The translations under genes and the position numbers were made by a program. The notes beneath the pieces are model-generated. The model made no database searches and had not been told where the DNA came from. It saw only the letters and a list, made by a program, of their open reading frames with translations. 64,000 bases of DNA from Candidatus Weimeria bifida (GTDB lineage Bacteria; Bacillota; Clostridia; Lachnospirales; Lachnospiraceae): positions 57,010-121,009 of the forward strand of contig VOGC01000009.1 of the NCBI GenBank assembly GCA_009493715.1, written 5' to 3'. Below are positions 40,204-50,221 of the stretch, in pieces (position 1 is the first letter of the stretch; every line of letters starts with the position of its first letter).

Positions 40204-43200
40204 ATGCCGGAAAAAAAGAAAGAAGCGACAAATCAGTCTGTTGGTTTTGACTCCATAAAGATCGGTCTGGCTTCTCCGGAAACGATAAGACAATGGTCTC
40301 ACGGCGAGGTCAAGAAGCCTGAGACCATCAACTACCGTACTTTAAAGCCTGAGAAGGATGGTCTTTTCTGCGAAAAGATTTTTGGACCAACCAAGGACTA
40401 TGAGTGTCACTGCGGAAAATACAAGAAGATCCGCTATAAGGGTGTTGTTTGTGACCGCTGCGGTGTTGAGGTCACAAAGGCTTCCGTAAGACGTGAGAGA
40501 ATGGGACACATTGAGCTCGCAGCTCCTGTATCTCATATCTGGTATTTCAAGGGTATCCCTTCGAGAATGGGACTGATCCTCGATCTCTCACCAAGATCAC
40601 TCGAGAGAGTTCTCTACTTCGCATCGTACATTGTACTTGATCCTAAGGACACCCCGCTTCAGAAGAAGCAGATCCTTTCGGAGCGTGAGTATCAGACGAA
40701 TGTCGAGCAGTATGGACCTGACAGTTTCCGCGCTGGAATGGGCGCTGAGGCTATCCAGGAACTCCTGAAGGAAATCGACCTTGACAAGGAGTACAAGGAA
40801 CTCACAGAGGAACTCGAAAAGGCATCAGGCCAGAAGAGAGCCCGCATCATGAAGAGACTCGAAGTAGTCGAGGCTTTCCGCAACTCTGGAAACAGGCCTG
40901 AGTGGATGATCCTGAATGTACTTCCAGTCATCCCGCCAGATCTTCGTCCTATGGTTCAGCTGGACGGCGGCAGATTTGCCACATCTGATCTGAACGATCT
41001 GTACAGAAGAATCATCAATAGAAATAACCGTCTGAGAAGACTTCTTGAGCTTGCAGCTCCAGATATCATTATCAGAAATGAGAAGCGTATGCTTCAGGAA
41101 GCTGTCGATGCCTTAATCGATAACGGCCGCCGTGGCAGAGCTGTCACAGGACCTGGAAACAGAGCCTTAAAGTCACTGTCAGACATGCTCAAAGGTAAGA
41201 ACGGAAGATTCCGTCAGAACCTTCTCGGAAAACGTGTCGACTATTCAGGCCGTTCCGTTATCGTCGTTGGACCAGACCTCAAGATGTATCAGTGTGGTCT
41301 TCCAAAGGAGATGGCTATCGAGCTGTTCAAGCCTTTCGTTATGAGAGAGCTTGTTCATACAGGCATTGCTCAGAATATTAAGAATGCCAAGAAGATGGTC
41401 GAGAAGCAGAACGATCCTAGAGTCTGGGATGTTCTTGAGGATGTCATCAAGGAGCACCCGGTTATGCTGAACCGTGCCCCGACACTCCACAGACTTGGTA
41501 TCCAGGCATTTGAACCTATCCTCATCGAAGGAAAGGCCATAAGACTTTCTCCTATGGTCTGCGCAGCATTCAATGCCGATTTCGATGGAGACCAGATGGC
41601 TGTCCACCTTCCTCTTACACAGGAAGCACAGGCAGAGTGCCGTTTTATGCTCCTCTCACCAAATAACCTCTTAAAGCCTTCGGATGGCGGAGTTGTAGCC
41701 GTACCTGGACAGGATATCGTCCTCGGTATTTATTACATGACTCAGATCCGTAAAGGCGTAAAGGGTGAGGGCAAGATCTTCAAGAGTATGAACGAGGCAA
41801 TTCTTGCTCATGAGAATGACGAGCTCGATTGGCACGCTCTGATCAAAGTCCGTGTAGAGAAGACTATGCCGGACGGCAGAAAGCTCTCCGGACTTATCGA
41901 ATCTACTCTTGGACGTTTCCTCCTCAATGAGAAGGTACCTCAGGATCTTGGATTCGTAGACAGAAGCATTCCGGGCAACGAACTTAAGCTCGAAGTCGAT
42001 AAGCTTGTAAAGAAGAAGGATATCAAGGCTATTCTCGAGAGAGTTATGCGTAAGCATGGTGCTACAAGGACAGCCGAGGTACTCGATGATATCAAGGCAT
42101 TTGGTTACAAGTACTGCACACTCTCATCTCTGTCAGTTTCTATTTCAGATATGACTGTGCCGCCTCAGAAGCCAGAGCTTATTGCCGGTGCAGAGAAGAC
42201 AGTTGACGTCATCAATAAGAAATACAGAAGAGGTCTCCTTACAGAAGGTGAGCGTTATAAGGAAGTCATTGAGACCTGGGAGAAGACAGATAAGGAACTT
42301 ACAGACGACCTTCTGAATGGACTTGAAGAACAGAACGAGATCTACATGATGGCCGATTCTGGAGCCCGTGGTTCTGATAAGCAGATCAAACAGCTCGCTG
42401 GTATGCGTGGACTTATGGCCGATACTACAGGTCATACTATCGAGATGCCTATCAAGTCGAACTTCCGTGAAGGTCTCGACGTACTCGAGTACTTCATGTC
42501 AGCACATGGAGCCCGTAAAGGAATGTCCGATACCGCTCTCCGTACTGCAGATTCCGGTTACCTTACCAGACGAATGGTCGATGTATCTCAGGAGCTTATC
42601 ATTCGCGAGAATGACTGCAACGAGGGTACAGGAAAGGAAATCCCTGGCATGTATGTAAGCGCCTTCATGAACGGCAAAGAGCTCGTAGAGAGCCTTCAGG
42701 ACCGTATCACAGGCCGCTACGCTGCCGAGACTATCTGCGACAAGGATGGCAATGTCATTGTAAAGGCCGACCACATGATCACTCCTGCCCGTGCAGAAGC
42801 TATCTGCACCAATGGTGTTGACAAGGACGGAAAGCCTCTTACACGCGTAAAGATCAGAAATATCCTTACATGCCGCTGCAAGAATGGTATCTGTGCTAAG
42901 TGCTACGGCGCCAACATGGCTACTGGTCAGCCTGTTCAGGTCGGCGAGGCTGTTGGTATCATCGCAGCCCAGTCCATTGGTGAGCCTGGTACACAGCTTA
43001 CAATGCGTACCTTCCACTCAGGCGGTGTTGCCGGAACAGATATCACCCAGGGTCTTCCTCGAGTTGAGGAGCTTTTCGAGGCCCGCAGGCCTAAAGGAAT
43101 GGCTATCATCACTGAGATTTCTGGTACAGCTCATATCCGTGATGACAAGAACCACCAGGAGATCGATGTAGTAGCTCCGAACGGAGATACAAAGACATAC

Positions 43201-43857
43201 CTTATCGTATACGGAAGCCACATCAGCATTGCCGATGGACAGCACGTAGAAGCAGGAGATCCGCTTACAGCTGGTTCAATCAACCCGCACGATCTTCTCG
43301 ATGTCAAGGGCATTGAAGCCGTTCAGAACTATATCCTTCAGGAAGTTCAGCGTGTGTACAGACTTCAGGGTGTTGATATTTCCGATAAGCATATCGAGGT
43401 CATCGTACACCAGATGATGAGAAAGGTTCACATCGACGATGCCGGCGACTCAGAATTCCTTCCAGGCAGCCAGGTTGATTTCCTCGAGTATGAGGATGTC
43501 AATGAAAAGCTCGAAGCAGAGGGAAAAGAGCCTGCTAAGGGCGAGCGTGTACTTCTCGGAATCACGAAGGCCGCTCTTGCTACAGATTCGTTCCTGTCGG
43601 CCGCATCTTTCCAGGAGACGACAAGGGTTCTTACCGATGCCGCCATCAAAGGAAAGGTCGATCACCTCGAGGGACTCAAGGAAAACGTTATCATCGGAAA
43701 ACTTATCCCGGCTGGTACCGGTATGAAGCGTTACAGAGATATCAAGCTGAATACCGACTATGAGACCGAGATCCTGAATGGCAACGGAGACGAGGAGGAT
43801 CTTGTCGAGGAAGAGACTCCGGTTGAGGAAGATTCTGACACCATAGACATAGATTAA
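40204..43857 (+). CDS. rpoC: RNA polymerase beta' subunit
   Basis: NADFDGDQM active site, Zn ribbon CHCGKYK...CDRC; RBS AAGGAG. Confidence 0.99.
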   Translation: MPEKKKEATNQSVGFDSIKIGLASPETIRQWSHGEVKKPETINYRTLKPEKDGLFCEKIFGPTKDYECHCGKYKKIRYKGVVCDRCGVEVTKASVRRERMGHIELAAPVSHIWYFKGIPSRMGLILDLSPRSLERVLYFASYIVLDPKDTPLQKKQILSEREYQTNVEQYGPDSFRAGMGAEAIQELLKEIDLDKEYKELTEELEKASGQKRARIMKRLEVVEAFRNSGNRPEWMILNVLPVIPPDLRPMVQLDGGRFATSDLNDLYRRIINRNNRLRRLLELAAPDIIIRNEKRMLQEAVDALIDNGRRGRAVTGPGNRALKSLSDMLKGKNGRFRQNLLGKRVDYSGRSVIVVGPDLKMYQCGLPKEMAIELFKPFVMRELVHTGIAQNIKNAKKMVEKQNDPRVWDVLEDVIKEHPVMLNRAPTLHRLGIQAFEPILIEGKAIRLSPMVCAAFNADFDGDQMAVHLPLTQEAQAECRFMLLSPNNLLKPSDGGVVAVPGQDIVLGIYYMTQIRKGVKGEGKIFKSMNEAILAHENDELDWHALIKVRVEKTMPDGRKLSGLIESTLGRFLLNEKVPQDLGFVDRSIPGNELKLEVDKLVKKKDIKAILERVMRKHGATRTAEVLDDIKAFGYKYCTLSSLSVSISDMTVPPQKPELIAGAEKTVDVINKKYRRGLLTEGERYKEVIETWEKTDKELTDDLLNGLEEQNEIYMMADSGARGSDKQIKQLAGMRGLMADTTGHTIEMPIKSNFREGLDVLEYFMSAHGARKGMSDTALRTADSGYLTRRMVDVSQELIIRENDCNEGTGKEIPGMYVSAFMNGKELVESLQDRITGRYAAETICDKDGNVIVKADHMITPARAEAICTNGVDKDGKPLTRVKIRNILTCRCKNGICAKCYGANMATGQPVQVGEAVGIIAAQSIGEPGTQLTMRTFHSGGVAGTDITQGLPRVEELFEARRPKGMAIITEISGTAHIRDDKNHQEIDVVAPNGDTKTYLIVYGSHISIADGQHVEAGDPLTAGSINPHDLLDVKGIEAVQNYILQEVQRVYRLQGVDISDKHIEVIVHQMMRKVHIDDAGDSEFLPGSQVDFLEYEDVNEKLEAEGKEPAKGERVLLGITKAALATDSFLSAASFQETTRVLTDAAIKGKVDHLEGLKENVIIGKLIPAGTGMKRYRDIKLNTDYETEILNGNGDEEDLVEEETPVEEDSDTIDID

Positions 43858-43871
43858 TAGAAATTTATCTG

Positions 43872-43901
43872 GCCCGCTGGCGTTTGCTGGCGGGCTTTTT
43901 T
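43872..43901 (+). terminator. Intrinsic terminator after rpoC
   Basis: gcccgctggc-gttt-gctggcgggc plus T6. Confidence 0.75.
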
Positions 43902-43908
43902 AAAAAAT

Positions 43909-44673
43909 ATGAATGAAAAAGTATCTATTATAACGCCGTGCTACAACGGTGCGAAATATGTTGGGGAGACGATTGAGTCAGTGCTCGCCCAGGACTACAC
44001 GGACTGGGAGATGATAATCGTAAACGACGGCTCATCGGACAACTCCTGCGATATTGTCTCATCCTATGCGGCAAAAGATCCGCGGATTACTCTTATCAAC
44101 CAGCCGAACGGAGGCTCTGCAAAGGCCAGAAATAATGGCATTGAGCATGCGAACGGCCGATACATTGCGCTTCTCGACGCTGATGATCTTTGGAATCCGG
44201 ACTTTTTATCGTCGCAGGTATCATTTTTAAAAGAAAAAAATGCTGCGGTCGTCTGCTCAAGTTACGCTCATATCGACGCAGATTCAAAAGTCTTTGGAAA
44301 AGTGGACGTGGCTAAGCCAGTCATCACATTGAAGGATATGTATGTGATGAACCGGATAGGCTGCCTGACAGGGCTCTACGATGCCGGTACCTACGGTAAG
44401 GTCTATCTGAGAGAGGAATTGAAAAGCCTGAGAGACGACTACGCGTATTGGATAGACTGCGTCAAAAAGACCGGTGTAGCATATGGAAACCAGAAGGTAC
44501 TTGCCCGTTACAGGGTGCTTGACACCTCCACGACAGGCAACAAGAAAAAACTGATAAAGGTGCAGTGGCATTTTTACAGGGACTATCTGCACTTAAATCC
44601 ATTCAGGGCTTCGGCAAACCTCGTGCAGTGGGGGATTGCAGGCCTGAGAAAATTTGGGAATAGCAATGTTTAA
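43909..44673 (+). CDS. Glycosyltransferase family 2 (TuaG-like)
   Basis: SIITPCYNG, VNDGSSD, ARNNG and LLDADD. Confidence 0.92.
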   Translation: MNEKVSIITPCYNGAKYVGETIESVLAQDYTDWEMIIVNDGSSDNSCDIVSSYAAKDPRITLINQPNGGSAKARNNGIEHANGRYIALLDADDLWNPDFLSSQVSFLKEKNAAVVCSSYAHIDADSKVFGKVDVAKPVITLKDMYVMNRIGCLTGLYDAGTYGKVYLREELKSLRDDYAYWIDCVKKTGVAYGNQKVLARYRVLDTSTTGNKKKLIKVQWHFYRDYLHLNPFRASANLVQWGIAGLRKFGNSNV

Positions 44674-45508
44674 ATTATGTGAATTTCAGGAGCTCACTAT
44701 AACCCGTTTCAAGGAGTTCGGAGCTCTTTTAAGAGAAAATATCCACGATGAAAAAAGCGTCCTGCTTCCGCGGAAAGAAATCCCTGAGGGAGCAGAGATT
44801 GGTGAGCGGATCCGGGTTTTTATCTATTTAGACAGCAGGGACCGGCCAATCGCGACAACGGCCAAGCCGCTTATCACTTTAGACCAGGTAAAAGTTCTAA
44901 AAGTAAGCGATGTTACGAAGATCGGTCTTTTCCTCGACTGGGGTCTGCCGAAGGATCTGATGCTGCCGTTCCACGAGATTAATGGCCGCCCGGAAAAGGG
45001 CGATGATGTCCTGGTACGCCTCTACATCGACAAGTCCGGCCGTCCTGCCGCCACGATGCGCCACCTCTACCACTACCTGCGCACCGACAGCCCTTACCAG
45101 AAAGATGACACCGTAAGCGGCCGAATCTACGAGTTTGGTCACGACTTCGGTACATTCGTGGCTGTCGATGATATTTTTTCAGGTATGATACCGAGACATG
45201 AAGATGTTTCTTCTTATAAAATAGGTGACGTCCTCACCCTCCGTGTCACTGAAGTAAAGCCCGACGGCAAGCTCACACTGACCACCCGAAAAGACGCCTA
45301 CCTTGAGCTGGATGACGACGGAGCAAAGATCATGTCTATAATCGATTCGTACGCCGGTGTGCTGCCGTTTACCGAGAAGGCTTCCCCGGAAGTCATCAAG
45401 CGTGAGACAGGACTTTCAAAAGCTGCATTCAAACGCGCCATCGGGCACCTCTACAAGGAGCGTAAGATAACGCTCGAAGGTGGTCGGATCCGCAAAGTGG
45501 GTCAGTAG
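44666..45508 (+). CDS. cvfB: S1 RNA-binding domain protein (CvfB/YitL family)
   Basis: Tandem S1 repeats (GLFLDWGLPKDL) and C-terminal winged helix SKAAFKRAIGHLYKE. Confidence 0.85.
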   Translation: MFKLCEFQELTITRFKEFGALLRENIHDEKSVLLPRKEIPEGAEIGERIRVFIYLDSRDRPIATTAKPLITLDQVKVLKVSDVTKIGLFLDWGLPKDLMLPFHEINGRPEKGDDVLVRLYIDKSGRPAATMRHLYHYLRTDSPYQKDDTVSGRIYEFGHDFGTFVAVDDIFSGMIPRHEDVSSYKIGDVLTLRVTEVKPDGKLTLTTRKDAYLELDDDGAKIMSIIDSYAGVLPFTEKASPEVIKRETGLSKAAFKRAIGHLYKERKITLEGGRIRKVGQ

Positions 45509-45744
45509 GGACGGTTCTTTTTGTCCCATTTTTGAAATTTTCTGACAAATCAAACCGGCGCTGACACGTGATTATAGTTTCAGCAGGTGGCCACCCGGGC
45601 CGCCGCCAGCGCACACGTTTACGACGAAAAATCCTGAGGCCGCCAGCCCGTTTCAATCTGCGGCGCTGCTTCTTGATGCAGAGCCACCTGTGTTATCTCC
45701 GGACCCAGGCGGCAATTTTATGAAAAAAATTATTTGAGTGACAC

Positions 45745-45773
45745 TTGACAAACAACAGGTAGAATGCTAAATT
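45745..45773 (+). promoter_or_regulatory. Sigma-A promoter directed at trxB
   Basis: TTGACA-N17-TAAATT with an extended -10 TG. Confidence 0.7.
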
Positions 45774-45793
45774 AAATTGCGTACAATTTAATT
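45770..45793. promoter_or_regulatory. Palindromic operator overlapping the -10 (MarR/OhrR-like)
   Basis: AATTAAATTG-cgta-CAATTTAATT, a perfect 10-bp dyad. Confidence 0.55.
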
Positions 45794-45960
45794 ACAGTTT
45801 CTTGCTGTAAAATGACTCTATGGGAGATTACCATGGCCAATAAAAAATAGTTATACTTTGACACATGTATACCCGAATTACACTGCGGCAAGATTTTCTA
45901 AATTGTCAGATAATGGGACAAAAAGAACCGTCCCTGGTGTCCCAGGAAAGGAGAATTTTT

Positions 45961-46872
45961 ATGTATGATACAGTGATCGTCGGCAGCGGGCCGGCTGGAC
46001 TTACGGCTGGAATTTACGCGAAGAGAGCAGGACTTGAGTGTGTTGTGATCGAGAACACTCCGATCGGAGGCGGGCAGATCGCTACGACCGACAGAGTCGA
46101 CAATTACCCGGGGCTTCTCGGCGTAAATGGCATGGATCTCGGGATGAAGTTCAGGGAGCATGCAGAGAAGCTCGGCTGCGAGTTTAAAGATGGCCAGGTG
46201 GTAGAGATAGAGGATAAGGGCAGTGCCAAAATCGTAAAGCTTCAGGATGGAAGCGGGATCGAGACGAAGACCGTAATCCTGGCACTAGGTGCTGATCACA
46301 GACAGCTCGGTGTTCCGGGAGAAAATGAGCTTCGTGGAAAGGGAGTTTCCTACTGCGCGACCTGCGACGGAGCATTTTTCAGAGGAAAAGATGTAGCAGT
46401 TGTAGGAGGCGGAGACGTAGCTTTAGAGGATGCAGCGTTCCTTTCGAGGTTTGCCTCCAAAGTATATCTGATACACAGGAGAAATGAGTTCCGCGGAGCC
46501 AAGGCGTTAGCAGATGAGGCAGCTTCAAAGGAAAATGTTACATTTGTATTTGATACAATTGTAACAAAGGTTGACGGTGAAAATTCTGTTACAGGTGTAG
46601 AGACAGAGAACAAAAAGACCGGTGAAAAAGGGGCTATTCCTGTGAATGGAGTCTTTATGGCAGTCGGAACAAAACCGAATGTAGAGGGAATTGCGGGACT
46701 GCCTGAGGCCGATGAAAAGGGCTATATCACGGCCGGAGAGGACTGCGTCACAAGTATTCCGGGAATTTTTGTGGCAGGAGACCTTCGTACGAAGCAGCTC
46801 AGACAGGTCATCACAGCTGCAGCGGATGGAGCAAATGCAGTGACGAGCGTCCAGAAATACCTAAGTAATTGA
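45961..46872 (+). CDS. trxB: Thioredoxin-disulfide reductase
   Basis: GSGPAG, redox CATC, GGGDVA and FVAGD; RBS AAAGGAG. Confidence 0.96.
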   Translation: MYDTVIVGSGPAGLTAGIYAKRAGLECVVIENTPIGGGQIATTDRVDNYPGLLGVNGMDLGMKFREHAEKLGCEFKDGQVVEIEDKGSAKIVKLQDGSGIETKTVILALGADHRQLGVPGENELRGKGVSYCATCDGAFFRGKDVAVVGGGDVALEDAAFLSRFASKVYLIHRRNEFRGAKALADEAASKENVTFVFDTIVTKVDGENSVTGVETENKKTGEKGAIPVNGVFMAVGTKPNVEGIAGLPEADEKGYITAGEDCVTSIPGIFVAGDLRTKQLRQVITAAADGANAVTSVQKYLSN

Positions 46873-47040
46873 CGATAAAAATGAAACTATTTACGAAAAA
46901 ATAGTTTATTACGATGATATTTCAACTGGCACAATCGGTTGCAAATAAAAAATTACTGCCCGATAATTAGTGGCTGATGCGCTATTTTGCCCCAAAATAT
47001 GGCGATTTCGAGGATTTTTTACATAAATTTTTGAAAAAAC

Positions 47041-47092
47041 TTGACAAAAAACCTCTAAGAGTGTATAGTAACAATCGTAACAAATTTGTAAT
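47041..47092 (+). promoter_or_regulatory. Sigma-A promoter with a WalR-like direct repeat
   Basis: TTGACA-N17-TATAGT; CGTAAC-N5-TGTAAT at 47076-47092 versus the WalR consensus TGTWAH-N5-TGTWAH. Confidence 0.55.
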
Positions 47093-47133
47093 AAATTTTA
47101 AGTAGAATATAACAATTAGAGGAAAAAGTTTAA

Positions 47134-48441
47134 ATGAATCGTAATCGTAGAATTCAGGCAGCAGCAGCAATTACCCTTTCAGCAGGTATCATGTTTGCAG
47201 GAGCTTCAATCAATGCACAGGCAGCTCCTTTAGCAGGTGCATCCGCTACTATTCTTGAGGCATCAGCTGAGGATGCAGCATCAGGTAACGCTGCAGCACA
47301 GGTTACAGGTACAGGCTCGACTCTTTCAGGTGTCAGCAGAGTACTTGCAGAGACAGTTTCAGATACATCTGAACAGCTCGACGCGAAGGAGCAGCAGGCA
47401 GCAGATCAGCAGGCAGCTAAGGAAGCAAAGTATGATAAGCTCGCAGTCGCTAAGGTTTCTGATCATGCTAATGTCAGAAAGCATGCTAATGCTGACTCGA
47501 AGCTTGTAGGACTTATTTATAACAATAACGTAGGCCAGGTTCTTGATACAAAGAATGGCTGGACGAAGATTAAGTCAGGGGATGTTACAGGCTGGGTCAA
47601 GAACGACTACATCACAGTAGGAAGTGAGTCAGCTGTAAAGAGTGCCACTGTAAAGAAGGCTTCAGTAAAGACCACTACATTAAAGATCAGAGAGAAAGCT
47701 GATAAGAATTCAGATGTTGTGGATTTGATTCCTGGTGGTACATCACTTAAGGTATTAAGCACCAAGGATAAGGACTGGGTCAAGGTTCAGAGTGGTGATG
47801 ACACTGGTTATGTAGCAGCTGATTATGTTACAGTGAAGAGTACTTATCATTATGCTAAGACAGTTGAAGCTGTAAAGGCTGATAACCAGAAGAAAGAGAA
47901 CGCAAAGAAGGCAGCCGCAGCTAAGAAGGCCGCAGCCGCACAGAGAACGACTACTCAGACTACAAGAACTACTACAAGACATACTCAGCAGGCCGCAGCC
48001 GCTCAGACACAGACTACAGCACCTGCCAAGACACAGACTACAGCACCTGCCAAGACACAGAGTTCAGCACCAGCTAAGACATACAGTGCTCCTTCAGGTG
48101 GAAATGGAAGCGCAGTTGCAAGTTACGCTTGCCAGTTCGTTGGAAACCCATACAGATGGGGCGGCACATCACTTACAGGCGGAGCTGATTGCTCAGGATT
48201 CGTTATGAGCGTTTACAGCAAGTTCGGTGTTGGCCTTCCTCACTCATCAGGAGCAGACAGAGGCGTTGGCCGTGCTGTTTCTACATCAGATATGCAGCCG
48301 GGAGATATCGTTTGCTTCCCAGGTCATGTAGCTATTTACATTGGTGGTGGCCGTATCGTACACGCAGCTAACTCACGTTTAGGTATCATTACATCAAGCT
48401 TAAACTTTGGTTCGATCGTAGCAGTTCGCCGTGTACTGTAA
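47134..48441 (+). CDS. Secreted SH3b-SH3b-NlpC/P60 peptidoglycan endopeptidase
   Basis: Signal peptide; two SH3b repeats (ANVRKH..GW, LKIREKA..DW); Thr/Ala linker; PYRWGG...DCSGF...GHVAIY...HAA. Confidence 0.92.
   Translation: MNRNRRIQAAAAITLSAGIMFAGASINAQAAPLAGASATILEASAEDAASGNAAAQVTGTGSTLSGVSRVLAETVSDTSEQLDAKEQQAADQQAAKEAKYDKLAVAKVSDHANVRKHANADSKLVGLIYNNNVGQVLDTKNGWTKIKSGDVTGWVKNDYITVGSESAVKSATVKKASVKTTTLKIREKADKNSDVVDLIPGGTSLKVLSTKDKDWVKVQSGDDTGYVAADYVTVKSTYHYAKTVEAVKADNQKKENAKKAAAAKKAAAAQRTTTQTTRTTTRHTQQAAAAQTQTTAPAKTQTTAPAKTQSSAPAKTYSAPSGGNGSAVASYACQFVGNPYRWGGTSLTGGADCSGFVMSVYSKFGVGLPHSSGADRGVGRAVSTSDMQPGDIVCFPGHVAIYIGGGRIVHAANSRLGIITSSLNFGSIVAVRRVL
48004..48081 (+). repeat. 24-nt coding tandem repeat (TQTTAPAK x3) in the NlpC/P60 linker
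   Basis: acacagactacagcacctgccaag twice plus a degenerate third copy. Confidence 0.8.
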
Positions 48442-48455
48442 TTATTAGAATTTTT

Positions 48456-48492
48456 AAGGCCGTATCCGGCAACACCGGATGCGGCTTTTTTT
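48456..48492 (+). terminator. Intrinsic terminator after the NlpC/P60 gene
   Basis: gccgtatccgg-caaca-ccggatgcggc plus T8. Confidence 0.8.
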
Positions 48493-48539
48493 TATGTATT
48501 TTCTTGCATAAGTGCAATTATTATTCTAAAATAATACAA

Positions 48540-50159
48540 ATGAAAGAAAGAAAAATCCTGAAAAACAAAGCGTACCTCTACCTGACGGAGTTTTTCTCCG
48601 GGATGGCTCTGATGGCCGTGGAGATCGGGGCACAGAGACTTATAAGCCCTTATTTTTCGTCGTCACAGATAGTGTGGACGATAATTATAGGAACCATTAT
48701 GATCGCGATGGCGCTTGGAAATGTCTACGGAGGCAGATCAGCTGACAAGGACCCGGACCCGGACAAGCTCTACAGAAGGATACTTATAGCCGCGATCTGG
48801 CTCGCACTGATCCCGGTCGTTGGAAAATATGTCATCATCGGAATATCAGCTCTCCTTATTTTTAAAGTTAGCCACGGATTTTTGATCATTGCGGCATTTG
48901 TAGTCTGCATGGTCGTCTTTGTATTTCCACTGTTTCTCCTGGGTACTGTCACTCCATCGCTCGCGAAGTACACGATGGGAAGCCTCGAGGACAACGGAAA
49001 AATAGTCGGAACGCTCGGAGCTGCAAACACGATCGGAAGCATCATCGGCACATTTATGCCGACGTTTGTGACGATACCGGCTGTCGGGACGAACATCACG
49101 TTTTTGATATTTTCCGGGATACTTATAGCTCTTTCGGTCATATATTTTATAAGCATAGGATTTTCGCAGCATAAGAAAAAAATCATAGCTTCCTGCCTTA
49201 TATTTGCACTGTGTATAGTCTTCGGACACCAGACTGATTTCGCGTTCTGGGAGTCGAAAGAAGGTGTAAAATACGAGGGTGAGAGCATTTACAATTACCT
49301 TCGCGTAAAGGATGACGGCCAGCAGGTCGCGCTTTCGACTAACGTGCTCTTCGGAGTGCAGTCCATTTACAACAAGAAAAAGAGCCTGACAGGCATGTAT
49401 TACGACTACGCCATGGCAGCGCCACTGATGACTCGGGATGCTGCTAAGAGGCAGGATGTCCTGATACTTGGGATGGGGTCCGGCACTTTTGCACACCAGT
49501 GCAGGGAGTACCTGCCGAACGTGCGCTGCGAAGGAGTAGAGATCGACCAGAAGATCACAGATCTCGCGAGAAAATATTTTGACGAGCCGAAGAGCACGAA
49601 GGTCGTGACATATGACGGCAGGGCGTACCTCAATGCGATTGATAAAAAATACGACGTGATAATGGTAGATGCGTATCAGGACATTACGATCCCGTTCCAG
49701 ATGTCATCAGTTGAATTCTTTAAAATGGTTAAGTCCCATTTAAATGATGGCGGCGTAATGGTCGTAAATATGAACATGCGCGGTCAGTCGAAAGGCTCTA
49801 TCACCGACTACCTGACTGATACGATAAAGACTGTTTTTCCGGCTGTCTATACGGCAGATGTCGAGGGCACCACGAACAGGGAGCTCTTCGCGAGTACTGA
49901 TACAGGCATCAGGGAAAATCTCGAGACGAATCTTTCTATTTCTTCAGAAAATGATGATTTCAGGCAGATGATGAGTACGGTGTCAGGTGACCTTGTAAAG
50001 CAGGACGGTGGAAAGTACATTTTAACTGATGACAAGGCGCCGGTCGAACTTTTAGGGATAAGGGTCATCGACCGACTGATAAACGAAGAAGTCGCATATT
50101 ACAGGGATATTTACAATAAGCGGGGTATCCGCGCAGTGATGCAGGAACTTGGGATCTGA
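48540..50159 (+). CDS. Fused membrane (MFS-like)/spermidine-synthase-like SAM-dependent transferase
   Basis: About seven TM helices, then VLILGMGSG...VEID...DGRAYL...DVIMVDAY. Confidence 0.8.
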   Translation: MKERKILKNKAYLYLTEFFSGMALMAVEIGAQRLISPYFSSSQIVWTIIIGTIMIAMALGNVYGGRSADKDPDPDKLYRRILIAAIWLALIPVVGKYVIIGISALLIFKVSHGFLIIAAFVVCMVVFVFPLFLLGTVTPSLAKYTMGSLEDNGKIVGTLGAANTIGSIIGTFMPTFVTIPAVGTNITFLIFSGILIALSVIYFISIGFSQHKKKIIASCLIFALCIVFGHQTDFAFWESKEGVKYEGESIYNYLRVKDDGQQVALSTNVLFGVQSIYNKKKSLTGMYYDYAMAAPLMTRDAAKRQDVLILGMGSGTFAHQCREYLPNVRCEGVEIDQKITDLARKYFDEPKSTKVVTYDGRAYLNAIDKKYDVIMVDAYQDITIPFQMSSVEFFKMVKSHLNDGGVMVVNMNMRGQSKGSITDYLTDTIKTVFPAVYTADVEGTTNRELFASTDTGIRENLETNLSISSENDDFRQMMSTVSGDLVKQDGGKYILTDDKAPVELLGIRVIDRLINEEVAYYRDIYNKRGIRAVMQELGI

Positions 50160-50221
50160 TCTCTGCGCGGTGCGGCCTGTTTTTATGTCCCTTCCGCGGC
50201 ATTAGAAAAAGGAGGAACAAG

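Larger units (their letters stand above)
45507..45935. repeat. 429-bp segment bounded by perfect 24-bp inverted repeats (REP-like units), containing the trxB promoter
   Basis: AGGGACGGTTCTTTTTGTCCCATT at 45507-45530 and its exact reverse complement at 45912-45935; each unit is itself a GGGAC...GTCCC hairpin. Confidence 0.92.

Noticed and set aside
45429-45656. 75-aa minus-strand ORF (…KRTVP…) and the 5' extension of the trxB ORF (…GQKEPSLVSQ…)
   Set aside because: These are translations through the 24-bp repeat; the true trxB start is the ATG at 45961 with RBS AAAGGAG.
46873-47133. Search for a c-di-AMP (ydaO) riboswitch upstream of the NlpC/P60 gene
   Set aside because: No conserved ydaO motifs; the region is AT-rich promoter DNA with a short 5'UTR.
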